IMG/VR virus record: IMGVR_UViG_3300011832_000025
Source of the DNA: a virus
Taxonomy: Duplodnaviria; Caudoviricetes
DNA: 64,000 nucleotides
Direction: 5' to 3' (one strand)
The position numbers were made by a program, and so were the translations under genes. Position 1 is the stretch's first letter, and every line of letters begins with the position of its first letter. The notes under the pieces were generated by a model, which was not told where the DNA came from, searched no databases, and worked only from the letters and a program-made list of their open reading frames with translations. This document shows, piece after piece, positions 10,201 through 19,897 of this stretch.

Positions 10201-10322
10201 TGGCCGAAAAAGGGATCACCCGCGCGGCGTTTGCCAACCCACCCGCCGTGGCCGTGGCCAATGATGTTGCTCCAGTGGAAAACCACGAAGAGCAAAAATC
10301 CAAGGTGTCACACAAGATGTAA
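7209..10322 (+). CDS. soluble FtsH-like tandem AAA+ / peptidase M41 protein
   Basis: Walker A motifs GKQGSGKT and GAPGTGKT; Walker B LFLDEVD; SRH RSGRL; HEAGH zinc motif; no transmembrane segments seen. Confidence 0.9.
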   Translation: MYFNKTNTMNVETIVKNHFTPQETEVVGGKLPAFQRFSQTSKAAWARTSEGDFVSILARELAVLKIFNGVTQIVVQRMQNAQLLGSDVSVGATIMESEFHKMTQTVLFEILKHLRTVNFVADHKIANTFMEEVAEVAQKHAKPMSNFAPAPGIKMVPVADFASPLDLMNANNNPFFNQILTESLATFCKQASEEKIISAWNFLSDTLPRTIQRYEICLAECASNNLLDVVKNNIDYVGKALNFNEHDHAVFLFLRRMSASRPEFEIAFKSFQEILLSAVDNASEVPSGTTQNLVRAESKLSTLGLLEPAKKMESSRVWGLMSQQFIQATEKQYDTPSELFFQLSEKTLQIVPRSSDLDVQHFKHMSNDFNNLAIALASHTPLKILLCGKQGSGKTAALHTALPTQRAFAVLESSEVANAKNGSLKKMRTYAPLCGNPVLLIDQADEIIAKEKDGTTSLIKEQTDIPTTEVWVVSDLKKVPAEAMSAFDLVVTIPQMPLDQRLQLSKQLFEDTYVAEQVAKTCVTPNEIQRLHHWSQISGQTQWKELSIKASGLQQALVKAGTSNQELPLTVVSPNENTAGFENVVGCDGIVQQARAAISCFRNPEKFKKLGGKVPKGLLLTGAPGTGKTHLARAMAHEAGVPLVCASSSALARNPELIGVAFEEAKRQAPCILFLDEVDAIGATAEQRNGASADPQRQAILNRFLVELSGFDDLSQVLVIGATHRPHVLDDALKRSGRLGWNIDFEQPRRDAREQLWRHYGQDMQTSNIDWPRVARISVGMSPADIAEAVNRSALNAAMDNADCVETKHLIRAVDQVAWGIEGTRNCTDAQIYNTAVHEAGHALLVWAHNITVMDQISVKPSNGHLGFVRHFRDEDTIGTTHAEMSHRVEIAFGGLVAEEVVLGQRSAGAVADLKQIRRTIAQMFRDEGMGSAVMGADWITASPDTQKMIEDEELAFAKKRKDNVIKLFEHNKALIKMVANQLVTHREMSGEEFEAFLAEKGITRAAFANPPAVAVANDVAPVENHEEQKSKVSHKM

Positions 10323-10327
10323 GGCGC

Positions 10328-10356
10328 AAAAAAGTCCAGCAGAGCTGGACTTTTTG
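10328..10356 (+). terminator. intrinsic terminator
   Basis: AAAAAGTCCAGC-aga-GCTGGACTTTTT. Confidence 0.8.
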
Positions 10357-10730
10357 TTGTGTGATTGTTGGCCTTAGGGGAGTGGGGGTTACAGTTTGCT
10401 TTTGGACTTGCTTGGGTTTTCAGTTTCCCTGTTGCGCCGATTTTGGGTCACCAACGCTTTGGTTAAAACACTGTTGGCCTTATCGTCCATGCGCATCACA
10501 GGAAAACTGTGTTCATTCAATGGCGCATGGTGTGGGATGTGGATTTGTCCCCACTCCTGTGGGCGTCCAAGAAGAAAAGCCCTGGGTAAAGCAACCCACA
10601 GAAGCCTTGCGGTTGCTGCTGTAATAGGGCCTGATGGAGGGGTGCTAAACAACTGGCGTGAGGACCGCGCCCCAACTTGCACTGAGCTAAAAACTGTTCT
10701 ATACTCCCCGCGGTTTTCTGGAGAGCTCCC

Positions 10731-11399
10731 ATGACTGATATTGAAAAACTGTCCGATTTGATGTCCAAAGTGGAGGGGGCGTGCGTTTTTGCCCGCTCCA
10801 AATCCATGAAGGGTTTGCTGAAAAGTCTGGAACATCCCGGTGGCACCCCACAAGCGATCTTTCTTATGACAGTGCTTGCCATAGGGGGGTTTATGCTTGG
10901 GGCCTTTTCTGATATTTATGAATGGTTGCCAGCATATATTGCGGGTATTATAGCCACATCCTCTGTATTTGGTGTCCCAATCGCGTATCTAACAATAAAG
11001 ATGTTGCAAGCGGAACGCTACAATAAGCAAGCCACAGCCGCCGGCGTGTGGGCAATGAAGGACGCCGATCAACCCGCCACAGCGGTCACCAAAATGCGCA
11101 TTATTGACGCGTATGAAGCTTTAAAGATTCCTTCAAAACAGCTTGCCTTGTTAAAGTCTCTGGCCCAACGGAACGATATTCCCGCGGGGTGGTGGGAAAG
11201 CGCCGCGCAACTCCTTGAGCAACATAAAGAGGAGCAGTTGGAAAGCGCTCGTCAGCAACAGGCCAATGAAGAGGTGCGCGCCGCCGAACAACGTTTGGCT
11301 GCACTGTCCAATGTCTCGGTTGAACCCGGCTATGTAAATATTCTAGAACAACAATCCGTGGCTAAACCCCCTGAAGGCCACAGGCGGTTTTTGCTGTAA
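10731..11399 (+). CDS. family B membrane protein (2 TM, PxxWW motif)
   Basis: Two hydrophobic helices; DIPAGWWES; ends RRFLL. Confidence 0.8.
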   Translation: MTDIEKLSDLMSKVEGACVFARSKSMKGLLKSLEHPGGTPQAIFLMTVLAIGGFMLGAFSDIYEWLPAYIAGIIATSSVFGVPIAYLTIKMLQAERYNKQATAAGVWAMKDADQPATAVTKMRIIDAYEALKIPSKQLALLKSLAQRNDIPAGWWESAAQLLEQHKEEQLESARQQQANEEVRAAEQRLAALSNVSVEPGYVNILEQQSVAKPPEGHRRFLL

Positions 11400-11413
11400 T
11401 AGCCTTGTGAGGC

Positions 11414-11983
11414 GTGCAATGTTTCAAACGGGTAACGGGGTGGTATGTGGAAACATCAACTGATACGATTGTTGAAAAACGAGCAAGCCTGAACAATTAC
11501 CAATTGTTGGTTGCAGCGGCATCGGAAGGAAACGCGCAAGAGTTGCAACGCTTATTGGTCGACACCGAAGCCCACCAAAATTCCAGTGAAGCGCTGCGCA
11601 TGGCCGCCCGCAAAGGGCACCATGAGTGTGTCAAACTGTTGATCCCCGTTTCTGAGCCTCGGCGTTTGGACAACCAAGCCTTGTGCTACGCCGCCGCCGG
11701 TGGCCATTTTAAATGTATCCAATTGCTATTGCCGGTCTCCAACCCCAAAGCAAACGCATCACTGGCCTTGCAGTACGCTGTGGAATTTGGTCATCTGGAA
11801 ATTGCCGAACTTTTGTATCCTGTTAGCAAACCCGACAGTGCACTGCGCAACCTCAAATACAATTTTCCGCACGAGTATAAAATGTGGGGCTGGTTGCAAC
11901 GAAAAATCACAGACGAGCGATTGGCCGTCCGCTTAGCCAAAAAATTAAAGGATCGGGGAACCTCCCAACAACGAAAAATGTAA
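11414..11983 (+). CDS. ankyrin-repeat protein (RKM tail)
   Basis: Repeats ALRMAARKGHHECVKLLIP, ALCYAAAGGHFKCIQLLLP and ALQYAVEFGHLEIAELLYP; exact start uncertain. Confidence 0.85.
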   Translation: MQCFKRVTGWYVETSTDTIVEKRASLNNYQLLVAAASEGNAQELQRLLVDTEAHQNSSEALRMAARKGHHECVKLLIPVSEPRRLDNQALCYAAAGGHFKCIQLLLPVSNPKANASLALQYAVEFGHLEIAELLYPVSKPDSALRNLKYNFPHEYKMWGWLQRKITDERLAVRLAKKLKDRGTSQQRKM

Positions 11984-12126
11984 ATGTGTTTTGTAATTTT
12001 TTCGACACACTCAAATTTCGCGCTACAACGCGCTTACACCACGTTTGTTGGGGGCAATCTTACTCGTTGAAGCCTGTTTGATTTCGTGCTACACTGCGTC
12101 CCCCTTAATATTTAAGCGGAGTGGCC

Positions 12127-12669
12127 ATGCAAGCATTTGTACAGCAAGTGGAGCGCAGTGTAAGAATGTTGGAACAGGCCAAAAATTTTGCCCAAAGTCC
12201 GGAAACACAACGCGCCCGCCGTGTGAACCAATTTTATTGGGGGTGCGATGCCCTTCCCATTGCTCTGGGCTGTGTTTTGGTATTATTTGCTCTGGGGATG
12301 ATTGCAACTCTTATTGCTATGGTGAGTGGACTGTCTGTGGCTTTGTGGTTTGTTGGGCCTGTGCTGCTGTTGGCGTGTGTCTTCGCGTTGCGCGGGACGG
12401 CCTACGCGTCACATATTTTGAAAAAGTGGTCGGTGAAAGCAAGCGCATTACGCTTGGATGGATATTACAGCCTTAACAAATTTTATGATGTGGAAACCCC
12501 CATGCCGTTTATTGGCAAAGAAAATGTGATTGAAGCGTGCCACAAGGCTGGAGCGACGACAGATCAAATACAGCAGTTGTGGGCATTAACAAAAGATGTG
12601 AATATTCCCAAAGCGTGGTGGGAAACATTGGGGTCGGATGCAAGGCGCGTTAATAATATTCTTCCGTAA
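12127..12669 (+). CDS. family B membrane protein (short form lacking the tail)
   Basis: MQAFVQQVE...AKNFAQS; 2 TM; AGATTDQIQQL; NIPKAWWETL. Confidence 0.8.
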   Translation: MQAFVQQVERSVRMLEQAKNFAQSPETQRARRVNQFYWGCDALPIALGCVLVLFALGMIATLIAMVSGLSVALWFVGPVLLLACVFALRGTAYASHILKKWSVKASALRLDGYYSLNKFYDVETPMPFIGKENVIEACHKAGATTDQIQQLWALTKDVNIPKAWWETLGSDARRVNNILP

Positions 12670-12906
12670 CACGAAAAATGGCGCCATACATAAAAAGTGG
12701 AAACCATATAAAGTGGCAATTGTCAGAAACCCATATCAGGCCAGCCTCTCTTTACCCCCAGAGAAAAATGCAGCAGCGCTTTCCCGCCAATAGGTGCATA
12801 CAGGTAGATGAACCAAAATGAACGCGCGAATGCGTTTGGTTGAAGGGCTTCTTGATTTGTTGTACAATCAGTGTACAGTAAACCCCACCAGCAATGAGAG
12901 TTGGTT

Positions 12907-13110
12907 ATGAATATCACATTGGCACACTACCCGCAATTGCAAACTTTGGTGTGGAACCGCCCCACAACCACAGAATTGACTGCCGAAGAAGCCTTTGCGT
13001 TGTACGAGCGCAACTGGAGGCATGTGGATGTGTGCGCGTTGCTGCCCCGCGAAAAAGACCTCATCCAACATTTAACAGCCACCATTGGTGGTGGTGTGAT
13101 GATGGTGTGA
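12907..13110 (+). CDS. small putative antitoxin partner of the AbiEii-family toxin
   Basis: YPQL..L.W...EAFALYERNWRHVD; stop codon 1 nt before the toxin start. Confidence 0.7.
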   Translation: MNITLAHYPQLQTLVWNRPTTTELTAEEAFALYERNWRHVDVCALLPREKDLIQHLTATIGGGVMMV

Positions 13111-13111
13111 A

Positions 13112-13828
13112 ATGACACATTTCCAGCGTCCCCATCATCAACGCATTGAGCGGGTTCTTAAAAGTTTGAATTCGGAAATATTAGAACAAACCCAGTGTTT
13201 TTTCGCAGGAGGGACAGCCATTTCCTTGCAATTAAACGAATACCGCGAATCGGTCGATATCGATTTTTTGTGCGCCTCGGTGGCAGGGTACCGTTTATTG
13301 CGAAATATTGGTGTTTACGACCAAAATTTGGGAGAATTGTTTACCACGCCTATAACCTATATGAGAGAAGTCCGTCGCGACCAGTATGGTATTCGGACCG
13401 TTTTGGCTGTGGAAGGTGTGCCCATCAAATTTGAAATTGTCAGCGAGGGGCGTATTGCTATTGACGGGAAGCATCATCCCCAACTGGGGGTGCCCACTTT
13501 AAACACCGAAAGTCTGTTTGCCGAAAAATTATTGGCCAACGCCGACCGTTGGGCCGACGCTTCTGTGCTCAGCCGCGATATGATTGATATTGGGTTTATG
13601 CTGAGAAATTGGGGCGGTATTCCTCAATCCGCGTGGGATAAAGCCTTGAGTGTGTATGGGCAATCGGTGCTGGACAGTTGGAGCGCTGCGCTTAAAAAAA
13701 TGCACAATCCCGAGTATTTCATGAAGTGCCTCAAAGGGATGGATATTGACCAAACAGAAGGCAACCAGGTTTTACAGGCTCTGGATGATCAATCTTTACC
13801 CACTCCCCAACCGCGCGCAAAATTGTAA
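13112..13828 (+). CDS. nucleotidyltransferase AbiEii/AbiGii-family toxin
   Basis: FAGGTAI...YRESVDIDF motif; EKLLA...RD..D. Confidence 0.85.
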   Translation: MTHFQRPHHQRIERVLKSLNSEILEQTQCFFAGGTAISLQLNEYRESVDIDFLCASVAGYRLLRNIGVYDQNLGELFTTPITYMREVRRDQYGIRTVLAVEGVPIKFEIVSEGRIAIDGKHHPQLGVPTLNTESLFAEKLLANADRWADASVLSRDMIDIGFMLRNWGGIPQSAWDKALSVYGQSVLDSWSAALKKMHNPEYFMKCLKGMDIDQTEGNQVLQALDDQSLPTPQPRAKL

Positions 13829-13845
13829 GGCGGAGCAAACACGGT

Positions 13846-14463
13846 TCACAATCGTAAAAAAGGCGCCTGGTTTGTTTGCCCTTGGGGTGAAGGGACTGGC
13901 ACACACACATCCACACAGGAACCGCGCTGAGTCATCAAATAAGCTATCGCGTCGTCTTTGGAGACGCGCAAACGTTCTTTAAGAGTGTGGGCGATTGCCG
14001 CGGATTGTTGAGGGGTCAACCCCTTGGCTTGCAACCGCCCCAATTGTTCCACAAAGGGCTGAGCCAATTCAGGAAAACGTTGTTGAAACACCGCCATCAT
14101 CGCTTCCAACACTTGCGGTTCGCATGTCCCCTGTTTCCAAGACCACCGCGCTTGTGCTCCCGTCAAGCGTGTTTTCTCAAGCGGCAAAACAGTCAAAAAA
14201 GGCATGGCTCCCAATAACACCCCCATTAAATTTGACGCTGTGTGGAACGAGAACGGTTCCACAACAAAGGCCATCGCCATCCACACCCCCACCACCGCGC
14301 CCATCACCGGCTCAGAATTCCAGCGGGACAGAAAATACCGTTTAAGCCATTGTTTCCACCCGGTTTGCGGCGTGTGAAGCCAGGTGAGCTCACGTTCAAA
14401 CACATCAAATTGACGTTGCAACGCAACGCAACCTCTCAAAGCGTCAATGTGTTTGAATGTCAT
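13846..14463 (-). CDS. 2-TM membrane protein, family-B-like (ends FLRL)
   Basis: Two hydrophobic helices; VDV...LRL tail. Confidence 0.7.
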   Translation of the reverse strand: MTFKHIDALRGCVALQRQFDVFERELTWLHTPQTGWKQWLKRYFLSRWNSEPVMGAVVGVWMAMAFVVEPFSFHTASNLMGVLLGAMPFLTVLPLEKTRLTGAQARWSWKQGTCEPQVLEAMMAVFQQRFPELAQPFVEQLGRLQAKGLTPQQSAAIAHTLKERLRVSKDDAIAYLMTQRGSCVDVCVPVPSPQGQTNQAPFLRL

Positions 14464-14637
14464 TACACGCACCTGTAACAAGATGTTTCTAAACTACACA
14501 AACTTTTGACAAACACAAGCTAATCTCCAATAAACCAGAAGCCGGAGGAGTTTGCTCCCTGTGTGTTACTCCATAAGGTTGAAATGGCCCCCAGGTGTGT
14601 GCTAGACTTCGGCTCCGTATTCCTGGGACGTGTTTGT

Positions 14638-15339
14638 ATGACCACTTTTATCCAAAACCTGGACCATACCTTAAAAAATATTGAAGACACCAAAAAATTT
14701 CTCAAAAGCCCTGAAACCCACCGCGCCATTGCTCTTAAAAATAAAAAATGGCATTGGGAAATTCCGGAAGAGGCGTGGCTGTTTCTAATGATTGTGACCC
14801 TGATTCCCACCCCACAACTTCTGTGGAAATTCAGTCCGTCCCTATTGACGACCACTTTGGTGTTGGGTGGGTTGTGCGCGGTTTTTATGTATTTGAGCGC
14901 GGTGTCCAGCGGCGTGGACCTGTTGCTGAGAAAATGGAAGAAAAACGCGGCTCTGCTCGGATTAGGGAAAAATATTGTAACGAAAGATGATTTTAACCGT
15001 TTGAATAAAACCCCCACCTTGTCTGAACGGGTTGAAACCATTGAGATATGCCAACTCGCCGGCGCCACGGCCAATCAAATCACCCAGTTGTACGCTTTAT
15101 CTTCCGACAATCTTCCATCCGCTTGGTGGGACACCTTGCGCGCAAAGGCTCACACAGAAATGCAACGGCTAACGGCTGAAAAGGTCAAGCAAAATAAAAT
15201 GCATGAGCAAGAGGAACGCGACCGTCTTGCTCACGAAAAAATTCAGGCGCACTTAAACCCCACTGTTGAAGTGGAGCAAATGCCAGACTTAAAGAGGGAA
15301 AGCACGAAAAACGAATTCTGCTCTGGGATTAAACTGTAA
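14638..15339 (+). CDS. family B membrane protein
   Basis: MTTFIQNLD...TKKFLKS; AGATANQITQL; NLPSAWWDTL; VEVE...IKL. Confidence 0.8.
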   Translation: MTTFIQNLDHTLKNIEDTKKFLKSPETHRAIALKNKKWHWEIPEEAWLFLMIVTLIPTPQLLWKFSPSLLTTTLVLGGLCAVFMYLSAVSSGVDLLLRKWKKNAALLGLGKNIVTKDDFNRLNKTPTLSERVETIEICQLAGATANQITQLYALSSDNLPSAWWDTLRAKAHTEMQRLTAEKVKQNKMHEQEERDRLAHEKIQAHLNPTVEVEQMPDLKRESTKNEFCSGIKL

Positions 15340-15399
15340 AGAATTTTCGTCGGTAACACGGAATTATGAAAAACGGTTTTCAACTTTATCAAGGTGTTT

Positions 15400-16107
15400 A
15401 TGAATTTCTCACAACAACTCGCGCAAAAATTGGACAACGTGGAGCAAGCCAAAGAGTTTGCCCAAAGTTTGTACACCCAACGGATCCACAAAATTATGCC
15501 TTTTAAAGGGGCTCAAGACTCTGATGCTGTATTGCCCTTTATGGGCAGTGTCATGGTTGTATGTATCATTGCCCCCTTGGTTCATTATCTTTTTGGCAAT
15601 TCTGGGGTAATGTATTTTGCGGGGTCTGTGTTGGGTTTAAGCCTGATGTTCACGGCCTTTTGCTCTGGTGTTGTGCCGTATTTTGTGAATAAATGGAAAG
15701 GCAAAGCGCAAAAGTTGGGGTTGGAAACACCGTACGGCGCCGAGCGTTCGTTGAGGGGGTTTACCGCGCCCATGCACGCAACCTCTCAACTGGAGGTCAT
15801 CAAACACTGCGAAGAGGCGGGCGCTACGCCCCAACAGGTTCAAACCTTGTATCAATTGGCGTTGGAAGATCTTCCCTATGCCTGGTGGAGTGATTTGCTC
15901 TCATCGGCCATCGATTATTGTGCAGAGAACAGGCGCAATAAAGACCAAAAAGATAAACTCCAGGCCGCTGAACACGCCGAACAATTGGCCAATGAAGAGA
16001 TTAGACGCAACGCCAAAAAATTTGTGTTGTGTGAATTGACCACAAAAAATACAGATCCACAAAGTGAGAGGGACCATCTGAGATCTTCTCGTTCCATTTC
16101 CCTGTAG
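15400..16107 (+). CDS. family B membrane protein
   Basis: AKEFAQS; AGATPQQVQTL; DLPYAWWSDL. Confidence 0.8.
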   Translation: MNFSQQLAQKLDNVEQAKEFAQSLYTQRIHKIMPFKGAQDSDAVLPFMGSVMVVCIIAPLVHYLFGNSGVMYFAGSVLGLSLMFTAFCSGVVPYFVNKWKGKAQKLGLETPYGAERSLRGFTAPMHATSQLEVIKHCEEAGATPQQVQTLYQLALEDLPYAWWSDLLSSAIDYCAENRRNKDQKDKLQAAEHAEQLANEEIRRNAKKFVLCELTTKNTDPQSERDHLRSSRSISL

Positions 16108-16257
16108 TGTTCACAAAAAGCCACTTTTTAGTGGCTTTTTGTTTTTTTTGGGTGTTGTCTGGGTGGGGTCGTGGATGGAATATACACTTCTCATTGCTGT
16201 CCTCCAGTATTGCGGGTCTAAGAACAACGCCCAGGAATTCCTGGGCGTTGTGGTGTT

Positions 16258-16854
16258 TTACATGTTTGCGTGAGGGCCAGTGGGCGTTTGGCCCTCTTCG
16301 GGTTTGGCCACCAACAGAGTGCCTTCCCGTTGCTGTTCAACTCGGGCTTTGCTCAAAGGTGGGGGCGCCATCTCATCGTTGAACACCACCGCCACTTTAC
16401 CGGTGATTTGGTCAATCCATTGCGCATCCCGCACCACCACGATCACATTGGTGGTGGACAAATCCGTTGATCCAAATTTACGGGTGTTGAGTAAGTCAAT
16501 AACATGATCCAAATCCTGTTGCGGCGCATTGGTGGCGTCAATCATTACAATCGTGTGGCGCGCCGCGTTGGCCGCAACCAAGCGGTCTTCCACAGGGATA
16601 TAGGGAGAGTAAGCCGCTTGAGGGGGAACCAATTGGTTGGGAAGAATATCCAAGAACGCCAACGTCTCCTGCGTGTACCCGTCGTGCCCTGGCGCCATTT
16701 TTACGCGCGTGCCTAAAGTGTTGTTAATCCCTTCAATGGCGTTGTGCACCTGCGCCACCGCGCCCAGACCAGGGTCGGAAACCACCACCACCGCAGGACT
16801 TTGCCCACCAATGGTTTCTTCCAAAATTTGTTGAACTTCTGTTGCAATTTCCAT
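16258..16854 (-). CDS. degenerate (probably inactive) AAA+/MoxR-like domain protein
   Basis: PAVVVVSDPGLGAV resembles a Walker A lacking KT; IVMIDAT resembles Walker B. Confidence 0.5.
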   Translation of the reverse strand: MEIATEVQQILEETIGGQSPAVVVVSDPGLGAVAQVHNAIEGINNTLGTRVKMAPGHDGYTQETLAFLDILPNQLVPPQAAYSPYIPVEDRLVAANAARHTIVMIDATNAPQQDLDHVIDLLNTRKFGSTDLSTTNVIVVVRDAQWIDQITGKVAVVFNDEMAPPPLSKARVEQQREGTLLVAKPEEGQTPTGPHANM

Positions 16855-16960
16855 ACCGCGTCCTTAGAACAATAAGTTTCGATTGTAAAGAGAGGGACAC
16901 TTTTCACAAGGTCCCCCAATAAAAAATTGCTCTTTGAGCCAAAAAATGTAAACTGAAATA

Positions 16961-17755
16961 ATGAGCACCAACCTAAATTTTACAAACCCGTTATCTCCAG
17001 ATCTTTTTCGCGCATTGGAAGCCGGGGACTTGAGTGGCGCCACGGAAATAATCCGTGCCGCGCGCGCGTCCGACCCCAAATTAAAGGATTTGGCGGAAGA
17101 TCTCATAAGGTCGTACTGGGTTTTACGATATGATCCCGAACCGCCCCCATCCGCACCCTTTAAAGACAACTTGAGCGACCTCCGATTAAGCCGCCAACTA
17201 ACCGTATTGTCCTGGTTTGAGTTGGAAGAGCAATTGCGCATTGTTAACTGTTGCGTGGAAACAGACGATATGTGTTTGCCCATTATCGAATGTTTCAAGT
17301 GGGGAAAATCGGTTTCCCCCAGCAGCCAAAAAGCTCTTTCTTTTTTAATTGCGCGGTGTTTGGCGCGCCAACAGTTTAACCAGGCCGACGCTTTGTTTCA
17401 ACGCAGCGGTTGGTCGTTGCGTTCTCTTTGCGAATATCCGGCCATGGCGTACAAACAGCCATATGCCGAAGGGTGGTTTTGTGTTCAAAACATGAAAGAC
17501 GTGCCTTTTTATTGCGCTGTATTGCTCAATTACACTCCGGAATTTTTAACGTATGTGCTTGAGCGGGGGGTCACCCCAGCTGAAGTCTCCGCGCTGTTGC
17601 CACTGATCGATAATTTAACCACAGAGCGCCACAACCAAGACGTCATCACAGAATATCTCCAAAAAACCTTTCCTTTGCTTCAATCGCAATTGGAAAAAAT
17701 AGCTCTTTCCGTGGCGGTGTGTTCCCAAGGCACAACCTCCAAAAAGAAAATGTAG
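16961..17755 (+). CDS. hypothetical protein (KKKM tail)
   Basis: 264-aa ORF ending LQSQLEKIALSVAV...SKKKM. Confidence 0.8.
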   Translation: MSTNLNFTNPLSPDLFRALEAGDLSGATEIIRAARASDPKLKDLAEDLIRSYWVLRYDPEPPPSAPFKDNLSDLRLSRQLTVLSWFELEEQLRIVNCCVETDDMCLPIIECFKWGKSVSPSSQKALSFLIARCLARQQFNQADALFQRSGWSLRSLCEYPAMAYKQPYAEGWFCVQNMKDVPFYCAVLLNYTPEFLTYVLERGVTPAEVSALLPLIDNLTTERHNQDVITEYLQKTFPLLQSQLEKIALSVAVCSQGTTSKKKM

Positions 17756-17879
17756 AAAAACCCCGGGGCCTTGCGTATAAGTTTTAATGATACCCATTCG
17801 CGCTCGAAGTTAGCTTCTATTCAGGCAACCATTTTTCATCTCTGGTATGATCGCAAGTGACCAATTCACCGAGAATGTT

Positions 17880-18497
17880 ATGACCCATTTTATTGAGGCA
17901 CTGGAAACCGCATTAAATTCCGTGGAACGAGCTAAGGCGCACGCCGCCAGTCGTTGGTATAAATTCCAAAACCTGTTTGCCTGCCCCTCTAAATCGGCGT
18001 GGGTAACTATATGTTCGACTGCGGTATTGTTTGTTGCGTCGCCTATTGCGAGCCTTTCTCTCCATATGCCTATTGTGTTTTTAGGGGGGATGGGTGCTGG
18101 AGTATTGTGTTTCTTTTTGGGGTTGCACCTCACTGAACGGGCAAGGTGTTTTAAAGACACCAAAAATTCCACCGTGTTTACGGTAGATAACGAAACCTCG
18201 GTCACCCAACGCGTGGAAATTTTAGAGCAATGTGTTGCGGCGGGGGCCACAACCAGACAAATTCAAGCTTTGCAAACGATTGCCAAATGCAACGATGTGC
18301 CTTCGGCGTGGTGGAGATTTGTGAAGCATGTGGCCCAAGAGGAATTGCGCCGACAACAAGACGAGCAAGACCAACACACACAAAGAGAACAAGAGCGCTT
18401 AGCGCATCAAAAACTCCACACTCCACTTTTCGTGGACGTGGTGGCGGAAATGCCCGTACCACAAGAAGCGAGTTCAGACGGACGGTTAAAGTTGTAA
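17880..18497 (+). CDS. family B membrane protein
   Basis: MTHFIEALE..VERAK; AGATTRQIQAL; DVPSAWWRF; VDV...LKL. Confidence 0.8.
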   Translation: MTHFIEALETALNSVERAKAHAASRWYKFQNLFACPSKSAWVTICSTAVLFVASPIASLSLHMPIVFLGGMGAGVLCFFLGLHLTERARCFKDTKNSTVFTVDNETSVTQRVEILEQCVAAGATTRQIQALQTIAKCNDVPSAWWRFVKHVAQEELRRQQDEQDQHTQREQERLAHQKLHTPLFVDVVAEMPVPQEASSDGRLKL

Positions 18498-18616
18498 TCA
18501 CCGTTTGAATGGCTTTAGTTCGCGGCGCAAAATTCCAAGCTGAGCTCTTGCTGAACACCCCAATCAGAATGGATCGCCAACGGTATTTGAACGATTTTCT
18601 GTGCTACAATCAGCGC

Positions 18617-19162
18617 ATGAAAACAATTAAATCTTCTGTTGAAAACTTCCTGAGCTTCGATGTGGAAGCCGATGGCCCTTGCGCGGGGTTGTATTCCATG
18701 GTGAGCATTGGAATGGTCTGTGTTGCCGACCCCCGCCAAACATTTTACGCCACCTTTCGCCCCGTGTCCGACCAGTACATTCCCAGCGCCTTGGCTGTCT
18801 CGGGGTTTTCCCGAGAAGACACCCTGGCGTTCCCTTCCGCGCAACAGGGCGTTGAAGATCTTGCAGCTTGGCTCAAAACTCTGAATTTGCCCGGACGTCC
18901 AATTGCTTGGTCCGACAACCCCGCGTTTGATTGGCAGTTTTTGAATTACTATTGCCAGTTGTATTTGGGGCACAACCCCTTTGGGCACTCCTGCCGCCGG
19001 ATTGGGGATTTCTTCTCCGGGCTGCAACACGATCCTAGAGCCACCAGTCAATGGAAGCGTTTGCGCCGCACCAAACACACCCACAACGCCAAAGACGACG
19101 CACTGGGGAACGCGGAGGCGTTGCGCGCCATGTTTGGTCAACCCAGCGTGTTGGCGAAATAA
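18617..19162 (+). CDS. DEDDh 3'-5' exonuclease (Rv2179c-like)
   Basis: SFDVEADG, DNPAFDW and HTHNAKDDA motifs. Confidence 0.85.
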   Translation: MKTIKSSVENFLSFDVEADGPCAGLYSMVSIGMVCVADPRQTFYATFRPVSDQYIPSALAVSGFSREDTLAFPSAQQGVEDLAAWLKTLNLPGRPIAWSDNPAFDWQFLNYYCQLYLGHNPFGHSCRRIGDFFSGLQHDPRATSQWKRLRRTKHTHNAKDDALGNAEALRAMFGQPSVLAK

Positions 19163-19163
19163 A

Positions 19164-19865
19164 TTACATGGCGTATTTTTTGCGCGCAGCTTGAGGCAGG
19201 TGGGTAATCTGCAAACGGTGGCCTTCTTGCTCAACCACCAAACGGTCACCAACATTTCCCCGCTGCTCACTGGCTTTACGCACTTGATTGAACATTGCTA
19301 AAAAGCGTTGCGGGTCGGGATAGTTTTCTTGCGCCCAGCGGTACCCCGCCGCCATCTTTGAGGCAGCTTTGTTAATTTGGGGGCGCGAAACCAAGCGTTG
19401 CCACAGATCATAGTCACCATAAGCATAGAAATCGAGTTTGAGCTCATCAATGCTGTCGGTGTATATTTTTTTAAATTGCTCTTCAAACTCTGTCAATTCA
19501 AGTTGAGGGTGCTTGTCGGACAACAAAATCCCCTCCAAACCTTTGGTGCCCATATCAATGGTGAGCGCCATCACACTAAACCAGGCGCTTTGCAGGTCTG
19601 AGCGTTGCTCCGCAAACGACTTTTCGGCGCTTTCCATATACAGTTCCGCGCCAAAGGTAAACACCTCATCAGCGTAGGTTCCTCGATCACTGGGGTGGTG
19701 GTGAAACACATCGTGTGCGACCAAATAACTGTCTTGGGCCGGGGTTTGGTGCGGCCGGCTGAGAATTCGCCATCCTTCCAGTACCTCTGTGCTAAACGCA
19801 TCGCGACTGGGTTCTTTGACCCATTCGAACGTCCATGTGTGATGATATGTATTTTCTGTGTTCAT
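19164..19865 (-). CDS. hypothetical protein with possible metal-binding HDxxH..E motif
   Basis: VAHDVFHH...DEV..FGAE. Confidence 0.75.
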   Translation of the reverse strand: MNTENTYHHTWTFEWVKEPSRDAFSTEVLEGWRILSRPHQTPAQDSYLVAHDVFHHHPSDRGTYADEVFTFGAELYMESAEKSFAEQRSDLQSAWFSVMALTIDMGTKGLEGILLSDKHPQLELTEFEEQFKKIYTDSIDELKLDFYAYGDYDLWQRLVSRPQINKAASKMAAGYRWAQENYPDPQRFLAMFNQVRKASEQRGNVGDRLVVEQEGHRLQITHLPQAARKKYAM

Positions 19866-19897
19866 GTGTTTAATTTCTTAACCCAATAAATGTTGTA

